A stretch of 64,000 nucleotides of DNA, taken from Albugo candida. Its lineage: Eukaryota. Below the pieces are notes generated by a model. The model had not been told where the DNA came from and made no database searches. It was given only the letters and a program-made list of their open reading frames with translations. Position numbers and translations under genes: made by a program. Below are positions 37,871 through 51,173 of the stretch, in pieces (within the stretch, counting starts at the first letter, position 1; each line of letters opens with the position of its first letter). The stretch lies in assembly GCA_040437565.1 (NCBI GenBank), contig JBDOQK010000043.1, positions 62,001-126,000 of the forward strand, written 5' to 3'.

Positions 37871-40800
37871 GCACGCACAGACCCCTTCACGCCATTTGCT
37901 ACCATTAATCCATTTTGACCCAGCATCTCCTCGATAGCCGCGTTTGGTCAATAGTGTACGTATTCTTCTCCTTCAAGGCCACACTCATGCCCAAGTTCTT
38001 ATTAACTTCTCCTAAGTACTTGATAGACACTACGCTCATGGATTTGAAGAGCTCTCTCCCCTTGGTTTGGCTGGATGCCGTGACTAACAAATTGTCCACA
38101 TATGCCCGACAATGGTTAGCTTGCTGAAAGTGGAACATGTTAAAGAATGATGACGAAGCCATATGGAAATGCGTGGACAACGTAACATTTATGTATTGTA
38201 GCGAGGCGTTTCGTATTTAGCTGAATAATAATAATAAATCAATATACCACTTTTCTATCGGAAACTAGAGACCGTGTTCCAGTTCGCTATCCTGTGTCGT
38301 TTCTGTCGTAACAGCACCAGGATTTAACATAGATTTCCTGCGTCGCAATTAAAATACAGACACACGTCTGACAAGCAGCGAGTAAACCCATTTTCTTCCA
38401 GTTTCGTGCGTGATAGGTTGCTCCAAAGGCGGTCCACTTGTTTAAGCCAGTAAGGANNNNNNNNNNNNNNNNNNNNNNNNNNNNNNNNNNNNNNNNNNNN
38501 NNNNNNNNNNNNNNNNNNNNNNNNNNNNNNNNNNNNNNNNNNNNNNNNNNNNNNNNTGTGTCGTTTCTGTCGTAACAGCACCAGGATTTAACATAGATTT
38601 CCTGCGTCGCAATTAAAATACAGACACACGTCTGACAAGCAGCGAGTAAACCCATTTTCTTCCAGTTTCGTGCGTGATAGGTTGCTCCAAAGGCGGTCCA
38701 CTTGTTTAAGCCAGTAAGGAGAATCCTTAGCCATAATATCGATTTGTCGCTGCCTTGAACACCAAGTTTCTTTAACACCACATTTGACACAACCATACCT
38801 TGAGGTACAGCGAGGAGAATCTCCAAATGCTCTTCTTTGTCCTCCTTCACGTACGCGTGAGGGATATCACCATGTCTAGTTGGTACCCCCCACCGTGCCT
38901 AAGTACCAGTATAATCGTCGCCGTACTCAACTCCATCACGGCGGAAAACGTCAAACCATAGCCGAAGCCACAAACTCATTTGTTCTCGCAGGCAACTAGC
39001 CTCGCCTTAAATCTCTCGATCTCACCATATGCATTCAACTTAATTTTAAACAACCATTTAGTGTGCAAAATGTGACTTTCTCGTGGCGGTAGTTGCAGCT
39101 CCCACACATCACTTTCTTTCAAAGCTTTTAGTTCTTCATCCACGGCGACAACTCACTTGTCCTTTGGCCACTTTTCATGGCCTGAATGTAGTTTTTGGGG
39201 CCACTATCGGGAATGCTATTCACCACATCCGTGTGCTCCTCTGCCTTCCGTTCTTCATTTCCATCTCGAATCTTTCTGGTTGTCGATCTGCTTCCATGTG
39301 CCTCTTACGCCCATCCACTCCTTCTTGTGCGATTCTTGCGCTCTTTAGCATGAACTGTCACTTGTGTCGTCTCTTTCTGCGCTTAATCGTCTCGAAAACC
39401 TTCAGCTTCTGCTTGTTGCTGCGCCCGCAGCCGATGATCATTCTGCTGCCTCGTTAGCGTCTTTACGTTCTTTACGTGCTGGGTAATCACCACGACCTTG
39501 TCATCTGGAATGTACACTCGGCACCCCTTGATTTCATCACTCTTGCCTATAATCAGGCCTTGTTTACCTCGCGCTCCCAATGACTTGTTCTTAGCATCCT
39601 GGCGCACAGTGCATGGTGGTCCAAAAACCACTATGTCGCTCAACACAGGTAACTTCTTCGTCTACATTGCAGAGGTGATTATCGACCAGCGTTTGGCGTG
39701 CTTGGGCTTCGGTTAAGTATGTGGGCAGCATATTCAGCCGCATCACCCCAGAAGCTCAGTGACAGGCCACTCGCAAATATGACGCCCCGCACCATTTCAT
39801 AATGGTGCGATGCATTCGCTCAGATTTGCCATTACTGGCTTGGTTTCTTGGTAAGTTAATTTGTCGGGCAATTCCTATGTACCTACAAGGGAGATCTAGA
39901 GTCTGATATCACCACCTCCGTCTGTCCTGAGAACATGAATGCGAAAATCAAATCGCCGTTCGAAAAATGCAATGAATTGTTTGAACCTCTGGGCAGCCGC
40001 ATCATTTGTCTTCGCCAAGAAAACGCGACAGTAGTTCGTTCTATGGTCCTTAAAGTTTATCATGTAGCGATTTCCCAGTCGATCCCGAGAAGTCATGGGA
40101 CCCTTCAAGTCAAAGCAGATGACCCTCCGATAAAATCAACCGGTGAGTTTTCTCCAGTGTATTTCTTCGACTGCGAGTTCTTGGTCTTCTTCCCTGGGGC
40201 GCAAGCTAGGCAATGTTCACGCGTTAATGCGGTCAATTAAATTCCGCAAGCTGGATCTTGGGCCATGCGAATAATTGTGTCTTAGTTTAGATGTGCAAGC
40301 CTTCTGTGGAAGTGGAAAAGCGATCTTTTTTGTACGTTTTAACTCACTTCAATTCCGGCTTGTGCCAACACCGTCATTAGCACATCACTTGACCTGTTGA
40401 AGCGTCCGATCCCATGAGACCACACAATGATCACATTGTTCATCTTCTCGACGTCAAAGATGGACATCCCACTGTCAACGTTGGCGACGACCTTTTGTTT
40501 TCCTATATAGGATATCCCGAACCCTTTGGCCTCCAAAATGCCATAGGAAATAATGTTCCTTTTAAAGCTCTCGTCATATTGGACGTCCAAAATCCGCGCT
40601 TTTGTGACCTTGGCCTTCACTGTGATCGTGATTGTGACGCTTCCACGCTTCGTGATGCATAGGCGTCCTCCATCAGCTGCGACCCACTCACCTAGATAGA
40701 CCTCTAAGTCCTCGAGCATTCTTTCATCGTTTACCAAGTGACGGCTCGAGCCGCTGCCCAATATCCAATGTCCTTAATCAGCGCTGCTATCGACCACTGC

Positions 40801-41500
40801 AAGCACAAATCCACGTCATCGATTATTTCACTGTCGGCCTTATTTGCGGGACACGCAGCCTGTATGTGTCCTGGCTTTCCGCAACAGTAACACTTCCGCA
40901 AATCTCTTCGCAGGTTTCGTGCCTTCTCGCGCACATTTCGTACGTTATTTACGACGTCTTTTCCAATGTGCTTTCCGCGCAGCTCGATGTCCGTCGACTG
41001 CGCGAACTACGCCAATTCCTCTGCTTGACGCAAGTAATCAATCCTTTCAAGTCCAAGCACGCCAGCATTGATACTCTCGATGGTTATCGATGGGTCGGCA
41101 TAGTGGACGATGTTGTCCTGTACCAAGTTGTCTGCCCCACCACATGCCTCGCTTACTGCGATTAAGTATGATAATAGTGTTCGGTCCAGCTGAGCTTGGG
41201 ACTCTTTAGAGCCGTAAACAGTTTCATGCTCTGTGCTGAAGAGAGCTTCGTTGCTAACGTATGACGAAGCCTTTCCATGGCGTACTTTAATGTCGGCTCC
41301 TCCTGCTACCAACCTTCAACTTAGTGGCTATAGTAATGCTCGGCCATTCCGGCGAGATTTTGTTCTAGTACGTCTATATTGACATCTTCTGTCCACGCAA
41401 ATGCACTCGCTCTCTCAGCGAGAGACTTCCCGTACAGAGTTCTTCCCCCAAGACAGGAAACCACTTCGAGTCACGCAATCAACAAAAATGATCATTCTAG
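37871..41500 (-). mobile_element. Degenerate Ty1/Copia LTR retrotransposon (gag, zinc knuckle, protease, integrase, RT)
   Basis: CYCCGKPGHIQAAC; GSGSSRHLV; GPMT..RYMINFKD..LRTDGGG; VFGPPCTV..GLIIG; RFKARLVA; YWLKQ; AYVDNLLV. Order is PR-INT-RT. Confidence 0.92.
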
Positions 41501-42599
41501 GTAACCAGGATTTGAATACCGAAGCATGGCGAAAAGAGAATGAACTGTGCACGAAATTATGTATCACTATTCATCTCAATACTCTTTGTGTGAACAGTAG
41601 TTTGGCAACATTTTAGTGCATCTAACTTCTCGTGACAGAGTAATGGATATAAATGTGATGATGAGCTTGTATCTCATGATTGAGATCATGATATCTTTCG
41701 AGATATGTAAAATAGGACCGTCTCCTGCATCTCAATCGAGCCTTCATCAAATATCTTAGCTTAGAATGCTTCAAGAATAGCTGTCAATTACAGAAGTCGT
41801 CCTTTACTGCCTATATCACGGCCGTGTACAACATCAAATGCAATGGCTAAAGCAGACATCGCTTATTGGAATTACGGTCATTTTATCTTATGTTCGGTCT
41901 CTTATTCTACTTATTTGCGCATGTTTCCTCGCTTTCAGGTAAGAGATTGCGCTTCAGAGCTTGTCGTGTGGGGATCGTTAAAGATTCAGATGTGTTTGCA
42001 CTGCACAATTGGCAGCGAGATCTCGGCGAATGCCATGCATGAATACATACCTCTCCGACTGCATAAGGATGTGGCAAGTCCTTAATGGTAATGTCGTGAT
42101 ATTAGTGTCCAAACGTGTCATATATCCTGTATCCTTAGTTCTATACAAAGCATCCGGTCGCCGTTAGAAAACCCGGGATGTTAAAACCATGCTAGCGCTT
42201 CATGCTTTCCTAGAATTAGCCTTCGATCGGATGTCACATGGGACAATTAAGCGTATGAAACCTTCATAGGTTGTATGTATATTCCATAGGCTTGTGATCG
42301 CTGATAATAATCTGACGAGAAATGAGCTTCCTCACCGGCACACCGTCTATTTTTACTATCTAGCCATCTACCAATAATTATTTTATTACGTAAACGTGAG
42401 GCCCGTGCGGTCTCAGTTTATCTTGCACGTTTACTGCTGTAGTGGCCTTTAATACTGTGCTTTTTTCTCAACTACGTGATGTCGACATATCAGCTACAAA
42501 TAATAGAATCGTACAAAAAATGTCACAGAAATGCGACTGAATACACGAGTTTTCAATAGTCCCTAACGATGTGAGTAGAGGTCTGTTGCCTCCATTCGA

Positions 42600-45500
42600 T
42601 GTCGTCCGGAATTCGGATGTTCGGAACAATATTTCGTAATGCACCCATAGGGTTCTTTGAATAAAGCATCATGTATCTGGTTGGAATATCATTATCGGCG
42701 AATACGTCATCTTGAATTCCAACGCAATCCTAGTCAAAGATGCTCTTATCATCATAAAGCCTCTTTTTGATATTGGCAACCATGTTTAAACGTAAATATC
42801 ATCATTAATATTCTCAGTCTCGTACTTGTTGCTGTCAGCGACACCAACGTTGAGGTCGTGTGCCCTGCGCTGAGTGTGTTGACGTTACGGAGAGAGTTGA
42901 AGGAAATTGAATTGCTGATTTTTACGCCGGGTTCTGCAGAACAAAGATAATTGTTGCACGTATAATTTCCTCCACTATGGCGCTAAAAGGTTGACGTACT
43001 GCAAAACCTTTGAGTGAGCAATCATGATTAGCTCCAGATTAAGACAATAAGCTGATTGTTGATGGTCGTCGATTAACGCCTAAAGCGCTGCGATAGAGCG
43101 TTGCGTTAAACAGCGGGACACATACATTGCTGAGATCAGATAATTGGAATATTTTTCCCTGTTGTGGTCGGACAGCTGATATCGCATGTGATTGCTCCAA
43201 GCAGACACTCTGCCCTGTTTATAGTTCTTTCAAGACAACACGTCCATTACAGACTAATATCAAGCTATACAACGGCGTGATTTATTAGTTGAAGGTGTGT
43301 AGGAATCTCATTTGCCCCAAATAATGATTGCAATGTTTCGGCATCTTTCGCTCGTGCAGGGATCAGATACTTATTGTGTTATTGCGGTGCGACATCTTGG
43401 GTGATCTCCGACAGAGAAAATCAACTGCGAACTAATCGTCCTGCATTGTTCTACTCGTATGCACAACAATGTAGGACGATTAATTCTTCTATTGTTGTGT
43501 TACTTGCTTACGCATTGCTAGGTTTTTCTTGCACTTCTCTTTTTTCAATCTCCATAACTGCTAACCGTATAGAGTGAGTGCTTCATCATCAACCTGATCA
43601 TTGGGATAGATAATCTCATATTCTTGTAACGCAATCCCGGTCTCGTATGTATGAATTCGTTCGACTTGACCGACGGCATCAGAGCATTGAGAAAGACAGT
43701 CATCCTTGCTGACAAAGTGCGAATGGTTGTTGCTGTCAAGGATAAAGTCTGGCAATGCATCACTATCTGCATTACTACCCTCGCGAACCAATCGCATAAT
43801 CGCGTCATCCACCGCAAAGCAAGATGCTCCCTATCGTCGTACGAAGTTCCCTTAATGAAGCTACGTTGGTGACTATAGTCATCAGGCAGTTCGGAATTAC
43901 ACCCTCTGCAACGTCTCTCCTGCTTTATGTTCTTCAAGAACCATATGCATACTGAAATTCCGAAGTTCTTGAATTCTTTCAAAATCATAGTCCCAAAATG
44001 CAAGAGTGTAAATTCCAAACCTTAGAAGTGAGAATTATTGAGACGAGCGAACGAGGAAAGAGCCTTTGGAAAGCTATTTGTACAACCAGTTTTACGCGTG
44101 AACAAATCAAACGAGTCACTGGCACAGGCTGCGATGGGATATTGGCTTCCTGACGCATTAACTGAATGTGTCTCATGCTCTCGACATATTTCCATCAGCA
44201 ATCCCTACATTTCACCACAAATGCCATATTCTTTGCGAGAGTTTTCAGAAGTCTTTTGGACAGAGCTGATTGCTCAATAATAGCATTGCTTCAATCGAGA
44301 TTCCCAATTGTAGTGTATATAGCGCTGTGTTTATAGCGCGGTATGATACTCGTAATGTGAAGATTTGGAGCGAGTTTCTCAATTTTTTTACTAGCATCAT
44401 TTCCATTTCAGTAGGGAACAAGATGCTGTGTCATCTTTTTGCTCTCGCGGTATCAAGTAGACTATGAATACTGAAAGATTAAAAGGGGTTATAGAAGCTG
44501 ATGGGTCGTCATGAAAGTCCCGTGTTTCGAAACTTGATATGGAAGCTTTTCTGAAGTGCCGTATAAGCAAATTGAAATAGTTCAAAAAGTAGATTTTATT
44601 ATCAAAAGTGACTAACCGTCCAATTATGATGTTGCTTAAATGCACATAGTGTAAAGAGTCAGCGAAGAACTGACCTCTTAACTTTTCCGAATTCATTGAC
44701 TTGGAGCAGATATTGTCGGTCACAATGATGCAATATGTGAGTTGACTTGATATAAGTTATGAAGAGCTAGTCGCTGTTGTTGCAACATAAGAATTGATCA
44801 AATCTGATCAAAATCGACTGTGAAAGATCTTTGCGACAGACTCGATGTCTGCAGACTGTTTCAAGGTTTATCAGAATCTGTTTATTAGCGTTGCGATATC
44901 GAATCATTGAATTCTTAAAAATGTACCTGAGTCCACGTCCGCACTTGCTGCATGGAAGTCGTGGTAGCAGTCAAGAACCTTCTTCTGCCAATACATTTGA
45001 TCCAATTTGGACTATATGTTGATAAAGACCAACCATCTTTCAAATATGGAGATTTTCCCGCATTGTGGAAACGTTTCGTAAATGTGACTGCCTTGACACA
45101 ACTAGAGATGCTCAACGAGGTTTGCAGCTGTTTCGAATCACTCCCATGTACCATATGCTTTCAATAAGCAATTCGCCCGAATAAGCTCTGCTCGGTGAGC
45201 TTCCAATCAATCGCGTCCATAAGCGTCTCATAAATATTTAAACTCGAGTACGCGACAGTATTAGTAAAAGTTGTCATCTTCTTGGATTTATAATTCAAAG
45301 TCGAGGAGCACAAATGGAGTCACAGCAGATCACGTGACCGAATTGAGGAATGTATTGCACAGTGATTCCTTTCAAATTTGAGCTCCTGTCACATATCTAA
45401 TACGCTACAAATGAAATCATCTATAATTCACAACCCTTAAGTTGCTGTGGATATTGGCGCATGCAGCACATTGTCTGGTCGTTTGCATAGAACACGTGCA

Positions 45501-45900
45501 TTGTCGAATTGCTCTGATACGCCTTCGTGGATACGATACTATCGAATGCTGAGAATTTCTTTACATCGATGATTTTACTTAGTAGATTGCTGATTTGCGA
45601 TCCGCCGGGCTCATCCACGAATTGAGAAAGCAAACTTCCAAAATTTCACGGTTTTTTGTATCTGCATCATTGACGAGAAAATAAGCTTTTATCACTCAAC
45701 AAGCGACGAACTTGAATTTGTTGGAAAGTAACGACTCCACATTGCCATCCGTCGGACGTTCTGGTAGAACGATCCAAGGATCTAAATAGAGGTTTCGTAT
45801 ACCTTACGTTATGGACTGTCACGACGCGGTGATTTCGTAACTGACGAAGGCCGTAAGAGGAGATACTAACGGTCATACATAATATAACTACTTCTAAGTT
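42600..45900 (+). pseudogene. Possible heavily decayed host gene (unidentified, helical-repeat-like)
   Basis: Several protein-like short ORFs (43651-43872, 44831-45022, 44952-45167) but no recognisable motif. Strand and limits uncertain. Confidence 0.2.
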
Positions 45901-46553
45901 TCCCTCCCTTCAGTGTAGCAACTTTCCATTCTGCTTGGAATTTTCGACAGAATTACCTTGACGAAAGGAAATGTATGATAGATCGGTACAGATTGCACAA
46001 ATTTTGTGATGAAGCTGAGCGGTGACGTATCTGTTTGAGAGAGATCCGCTATTGCAAAATGGCTTTAATTGATCGAGATTGAGGTGATTTGGATTACCAG
46101 CTTGTTTTTTTTCTAAAATAGTACTCTTTCACCAGGTTTGCTCTTCGTTCCTTATTCGACTGATCCGAAAAAATTTGCACTGCAGTAAACGATGATTGAT
46201 TTACTCTGGCTCCCTTGACGGAGCCACCATCCATCTTCACAGTACTTAAACCCCTTTTGTCCTGATGCTTAAATAGAGCAAGTCAATGAGTCTATTTCAG
46301 AACGATTAATTTAGCTAGACTGTTCTCTTAGAATTAGCTTGATTGCTTCTATGATTAAACGTAAGCCCGGACGTCGAACTTCCTGTTCTCTAAAACAAAT
46401 TATGCATATCGGTGAATTGAAAACATACAGAAATGATAAGCTTACGGATGTTGATCTACATATATGACATGTAAGTGTTAATGAAGGATGTGTCACCAAG
46501 AAATCTTACGTTGCATTATATTCGCAGTGATGTGAGCGTTCTGCATCAATGTA

Positions 46554-48491
46554 TAGTACCCTACCAAAACGATTGTCGGTTTTTCTTAATCCATATTTTT
46601 TAGATCCAACCAAGCGCACACAACCATATTCAGCTCAATGCCTCACAAACTTTCAATACTTGTTCTAATGCATATGAACAAGTGTTTTCTTGAAGATAAT
46701 TGATATGGATTAAATCGAGACACTTTATTCATATCGGAGTATGGGTTATGCTATCAACGAGTTGATCCACCATTTGAAGCAAGAACTGCCTGAATTCTAC
46801 CTTGGAGGGTGTCGACAAATCTTTGCAACCAATATTCATCTATCTTAGACCAAATATATTAAATTTGTTGCACATTTCTTCTTCACTTTTTGCCCTGGAA
46901 GGCTTCTGGATCTGATCTTTGAGTCTTGCCCACACATGTTCGAACTAGTTCAGTTGAAGGTGTCTATATTACTAGAATTAGACAAACTGACTTCTCTAGT
47001 TGCCTAGGCTATCTTAAATAACATACATACATATAAAAAACGTTTCGTGAAATACCTGTGAGAGATGATAGAATGTCGTCTCGTTGATAATCNNNNNNNN
47101 NNNNNNNNNNNNNNNNNNNNNNNNNNNNNNNNNNNNNNNNNNNNNNNNNNNNNNNNNNNNNNNNNNNNNNNNNNNNNNNNNNNNNNNNNNNNCCGAGCTC
47201 TAGCCTGGTCCTTACGCAAGGACTCCTGTGACCTGATCAGGTCAGCCAAAGTGGGACTCTTAGTGTCGTCCACACTTGCAGTTGCCTTTGGGTCATCCTG
47301 TGACGAGGCAACGATAGTACCGCATGTACCACCGGTACCATCACACTGGGGGTGGGGGTACTTTCCACGTCATCACACAGGGGTGATGACTGATCAACAA
47401 TCATACAATCACCCAAAACAGGGTGACTCATGAGGGTTGCCACGTCAGTACAAGTGGACGCTAGCACCCTTGGTTGTGTCGATATGTCGACTTGAACCAT
47501 TGTTTTCGAGAGGAAAGAGGTGAAAAAAGTTGTTTTTTCGAGTTGTTTTTACTAAATTGGCGGGTTACTTAGTAGCCGGCAAATTGAGAAGTGTTCGAAC
47601 TAGTTCAGATTTGGAGACTTTGGCGGCCAATCCAGCTTTTCAATGCCTCTTTTATCCCTCTATTTCTTAGGGGCATTGCTTCGATGAATTGGAGCGCCAT
47701 CTTCCATTAACACTGGACCATTGAGCTCAGCCCATAATATCATAGATTTGTTCAACAAAGTCAACTGCTGTCCATCATTCCGACCATGCGGATCAATCGA
47801 CTCTTCTTTTTTCCTTGAAAGACACCCCAGACCATCACTGAATAGCGCCCTGATTTGAAAGAGGGCGCTACACAGTCTAGATTGTACCTCTCATAGGCTG
47901 TTCTCCAGACAAGCGGTTGCGGAATTCTTGCCGACTTCAAAGCGGCTTCATCTGTCCAGCAGGCCAAACTCCAGACTTGCATTGTTGCATTTTTGAGTTT
48001 CCATGATAATTCCAGTCGACAAGCAATATGCATTGCACTTAAAAATGGCTTCTTGGGCGCTACGCAAGAAAAGAATCCTGTTTCATGAAGTCATCTTCTT
48101 GTTGTTGACGAGCTGACTTGGACAGTCATTTTGTTGGTGATGTCTTGGATTGTTTCCCGCCGATCTTCCTTGACTTTGCGGAACAAGTGCCTAAAATCCC
48201 TTCTATCAAGTTTTTTTGGTCGTCCTGGGCCTTTCTTGGGAATAACACTGGATGCATTGCGGTGGTGCTTTACAACGCGCTGTACTTGTCTTTGACTGAT
48301 TCCGAAATGAGCTGCAATTAGGGGAGTTTTCTGACCTGCCAACTACATTCCGACCAGACGGCTTCTATCCCCAATAGATAAAGGTTTAGTTTCCACAGTT
48401 TGAGTGGCTATAGTTTATTTTTGGGAAGTGATACAAGTGTATGGGAAGGGAGCGCGCCGTCAATTACGACAATCTTTTCGGTAGGGTACTG
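46554..48491 (-). mobile_element. Tc1/mariner DNA transposon with both TIRs, interrupted by a LINE
   Basis: 25-bp TIRs (t/c)agtaccctacc.aaa.gattgtcg with TA on both sides. Transposase HTH with GRPKKL, WTDEA, VMVWG, EDGAPIHRS, WPPKSPNL|N*FEHVW. Confidence 0.93.
46954..47591 (-). mobile_element. L1/Tx1-like LINE: 5' and 3' ends present, interior hidden in a gap
   Basis: 5' end with ORF1 start MVQVDISTQP (47500) and 3' end ..agacaccttcaa(ctga). 17-bp TSD tgttcgaactagttcag at 46937-46953 and 47592-47608. Confidence 0.9.
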
Positions 48492-50079
48492 TACATCAAT
48501 TGTATAAAAAAAACTTTTCGTGGCAGCACTTAAAATTAAGGTAGGTAAGTCATGCAGTTGTTGCCCATGCTGGAAGATATATTAGATACATCACCAGATT
48601 GACTAATTGGGTATCTTTTCAGTTGACAGATGGAACAGTAACGCTATATTTTTGAAAAGAGAATAATTCAGCCCATTTCTTGTGTAATCACTGAAGGTTT
48701 TTGAACCTCCAGTATCGCGAATCAGATGATAATGCTCGTAATCAAGATGTGCAAAATAATCGTGCTTCTCCAGACTTAAAATCTGGTCACCATTGGTGAG
48801 ATTTTTGACTTCTTCCAAATCCAGACAATTACCATGCCGATGATATCCGCGCTTTTTATCTTTGTTGACACATTCTCTCAGAGNNNNNNNNNNNNNNNNN
48901 NNNNNNNNNNNNNNNNNNNNNNNNNNNNNNNNNNNNNNNNNNNNNNNNNNNNNNNNNNNNNNNNNNNNNNNNNNNNNNNNNNNTGAAATCTTCTAAACGA
49001 TTGAATTTCATCTTTGGTATGATTTTTAATAATGTCCAGAGCAAAAGTGGATATCGGACCCTGATCCGAATTACATATCTATGACATCGTTGTATTTGAA
49101 ATCGCCCAAAATGCTAGAAAGGAGACCCTGAAATCTTTCTTCACAATCGTTAGCGGTCACACTTTCTTTTTATGGAAGGATTCGAAACAGCGAAGGGGAG
49201 AATACTTGAGCGTTTTTCAAATGTCCCTAGCGCGTTTGAGAAGACGACAATCTCTCATTTTCAAAACTGGCACTCGATGTATCTACGGAGAAGCATTCCG
49301 ACACCGAAAATCCAACAGCTTCGCCTTCTCAAGAGAGCCGGATACATCCTTCGCCATGACAGCAGTAAAGAACATAAGGCCGGTTGCGAAGAAGTTGGGG
49401 TGCAATATTGGAGTAGTAGCAAGTTGCTTCTGAATTGGAAATTTAACTGGCAATAGACTATGTAGCTCAAAGAAGCAGTCGATCATAGATAGTGCTGATT
49501 TTTGACAGTCTGAGTTGATCCCCGCATCATAAGGTCGCAAGAGGGTACTGGTATCAAATGTAAGCATTAGAAGCCTCAATTCGATAGAGGCGCGTCGGGC
49601 CGATAGATTGAGAAGTTGTTGGAATATTGGGGGATGCGGTCATTAGCGAAATGCATCTACTCATATAGGGATAAATAACACAGAGTGTCATCCAGCTTTT
49701 TAGATTGATCTCTTACTGCAAAAAAAATGTTCGGTGAAGGGCTCAGCAGACGAGCGGCGCTGTTGGACAGAGCCAATAAAGAGAACGAAGGGCGCGGACC
49801 CTGTCTCTATATATATTAATTGAACACGCATCAACCATCATCCTCGTTTCTGGTAGTGCCGCTGTAACTCGGTCTTTATATTTGACCTGACCAACGTGCG
49901 TGAAATAGTAAGCCCTTGTATCTATACTATACATATTCACCCTCATTAAGCTCCATAATATCTCGAGCATTGATTCCAATTCATTCTCAGACGCCACGTA
50001 CCGTGCACGCGAAATAAGAAGATCACCTCCGGGAAGAGCGGCGGTGGCAGATTGATCCTCTAATCTGAGCTTCCACCGC

Positions 50080-51173
50080 AGTCAGTTTTAAATGGAACAA
50101 CCGATGTGGTTCCACTGCGACCAAGAATTACAATATGAAGCTGCTACTCGTAATCCGAGTACGCAAAACGTTTGGTACAATCTTGGCATGGTGGACGAAC
50201 CACATCGAGCATTTCGGAAATCGTTCGCTACGCTTTTCGAGATTCGATGTCTGCAAGACTTTTTTCGTGAAAGCGACACATGGCCACCGAAGGAAGGTTT
50301 CGTCGCCAACTATTACAACGACGAAGAACTACGCGCATCACATATGTCTGAAGAAAAGTTGCTGAGTCGACTTTACAATGAAGTCACTCAGATTCTCCAG
50401 CGTATCCACTCGACGTTTGGTCTCATCACTTGGATTACACCAAACACAAGTGGCAGATCATTTCATGTGGGAGTAAAAAGCANNNNNNNNNNNNNNNNNN
50501 NNNNNNNNNNNNNNNNNNNNNNNNNNNNNNNNNNNNNNNNNNNNNNNNNNNNNNNNNNNNNNNNNNNNNNNNNNNNNNNNNNTGCAAGCGGTGACACTGC
50601 ACTTCGTCTTGACAGATCGGAATCGTCGTTTGTTCGATCATCGATCAGCAACTCCGACAGTTCCAGCACTTTCCGTGATCTGCACCACGTTTAGTGCGCA
50701 CGTTCGGTACTTTCGAAGACAGTGTTACGACCAAGAGGAACGTATTCGGCTTGCAAAGGTGCTGGAGCAACTCTCAACGCAAGGATCATTTGGTGGATTT
50801 TTCAGAAGTCGAAGTCATTGCTACGGGTCCTGCACAGGCAAGTGGGAAGGCAAGTGCAACTCGGATCCTAGTCCTAGTTGGCTGGTTATGCTCACAGTGG
50901 TGTGGCGCACACCAAATGGCACAACACAGTACTTTTGGACCATTTTTACAACTTTACAACTTTACACCTTTACAGCATTTACAAGCTAGGACACAGTCTC
51001 GTATTAAGGGTGCTGAGGCTACTGCGATACGGAATTATTAGCGAGACGACATATTATCATCTCTCACAGGTATTTCACGAAACGTTTTTTATATGTGCAT
51101 ATATGTTATTTAAAATAGCCTAGGCAACTTCAGAAGTCAGTTAGTCTAATTCTAGGAGTATAGACACCTTCAA
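50080..51173 (+). mobile_element. 5'-truncated L1/Tx1-like LINE
   Basis: Homologous to 21670-23269. 15-bp TSD ctgagcttccaccgc at 50065-50079 and 51174-51188. Confidence 0.9.

Noticed and set aside
38293-38720. 164-bp direct repeat in Copia RT
   Set aside because: Flanks a gap; assembly overlap artefact.
50040-50080. Small hairpin (ggcggtgg-cagatt...aatctg..ccaccgc) at a LINE target site
   Set aside because: Short and imperfect; only a short palindrome occurs at the other site, too weak to claim structure-based targeting.
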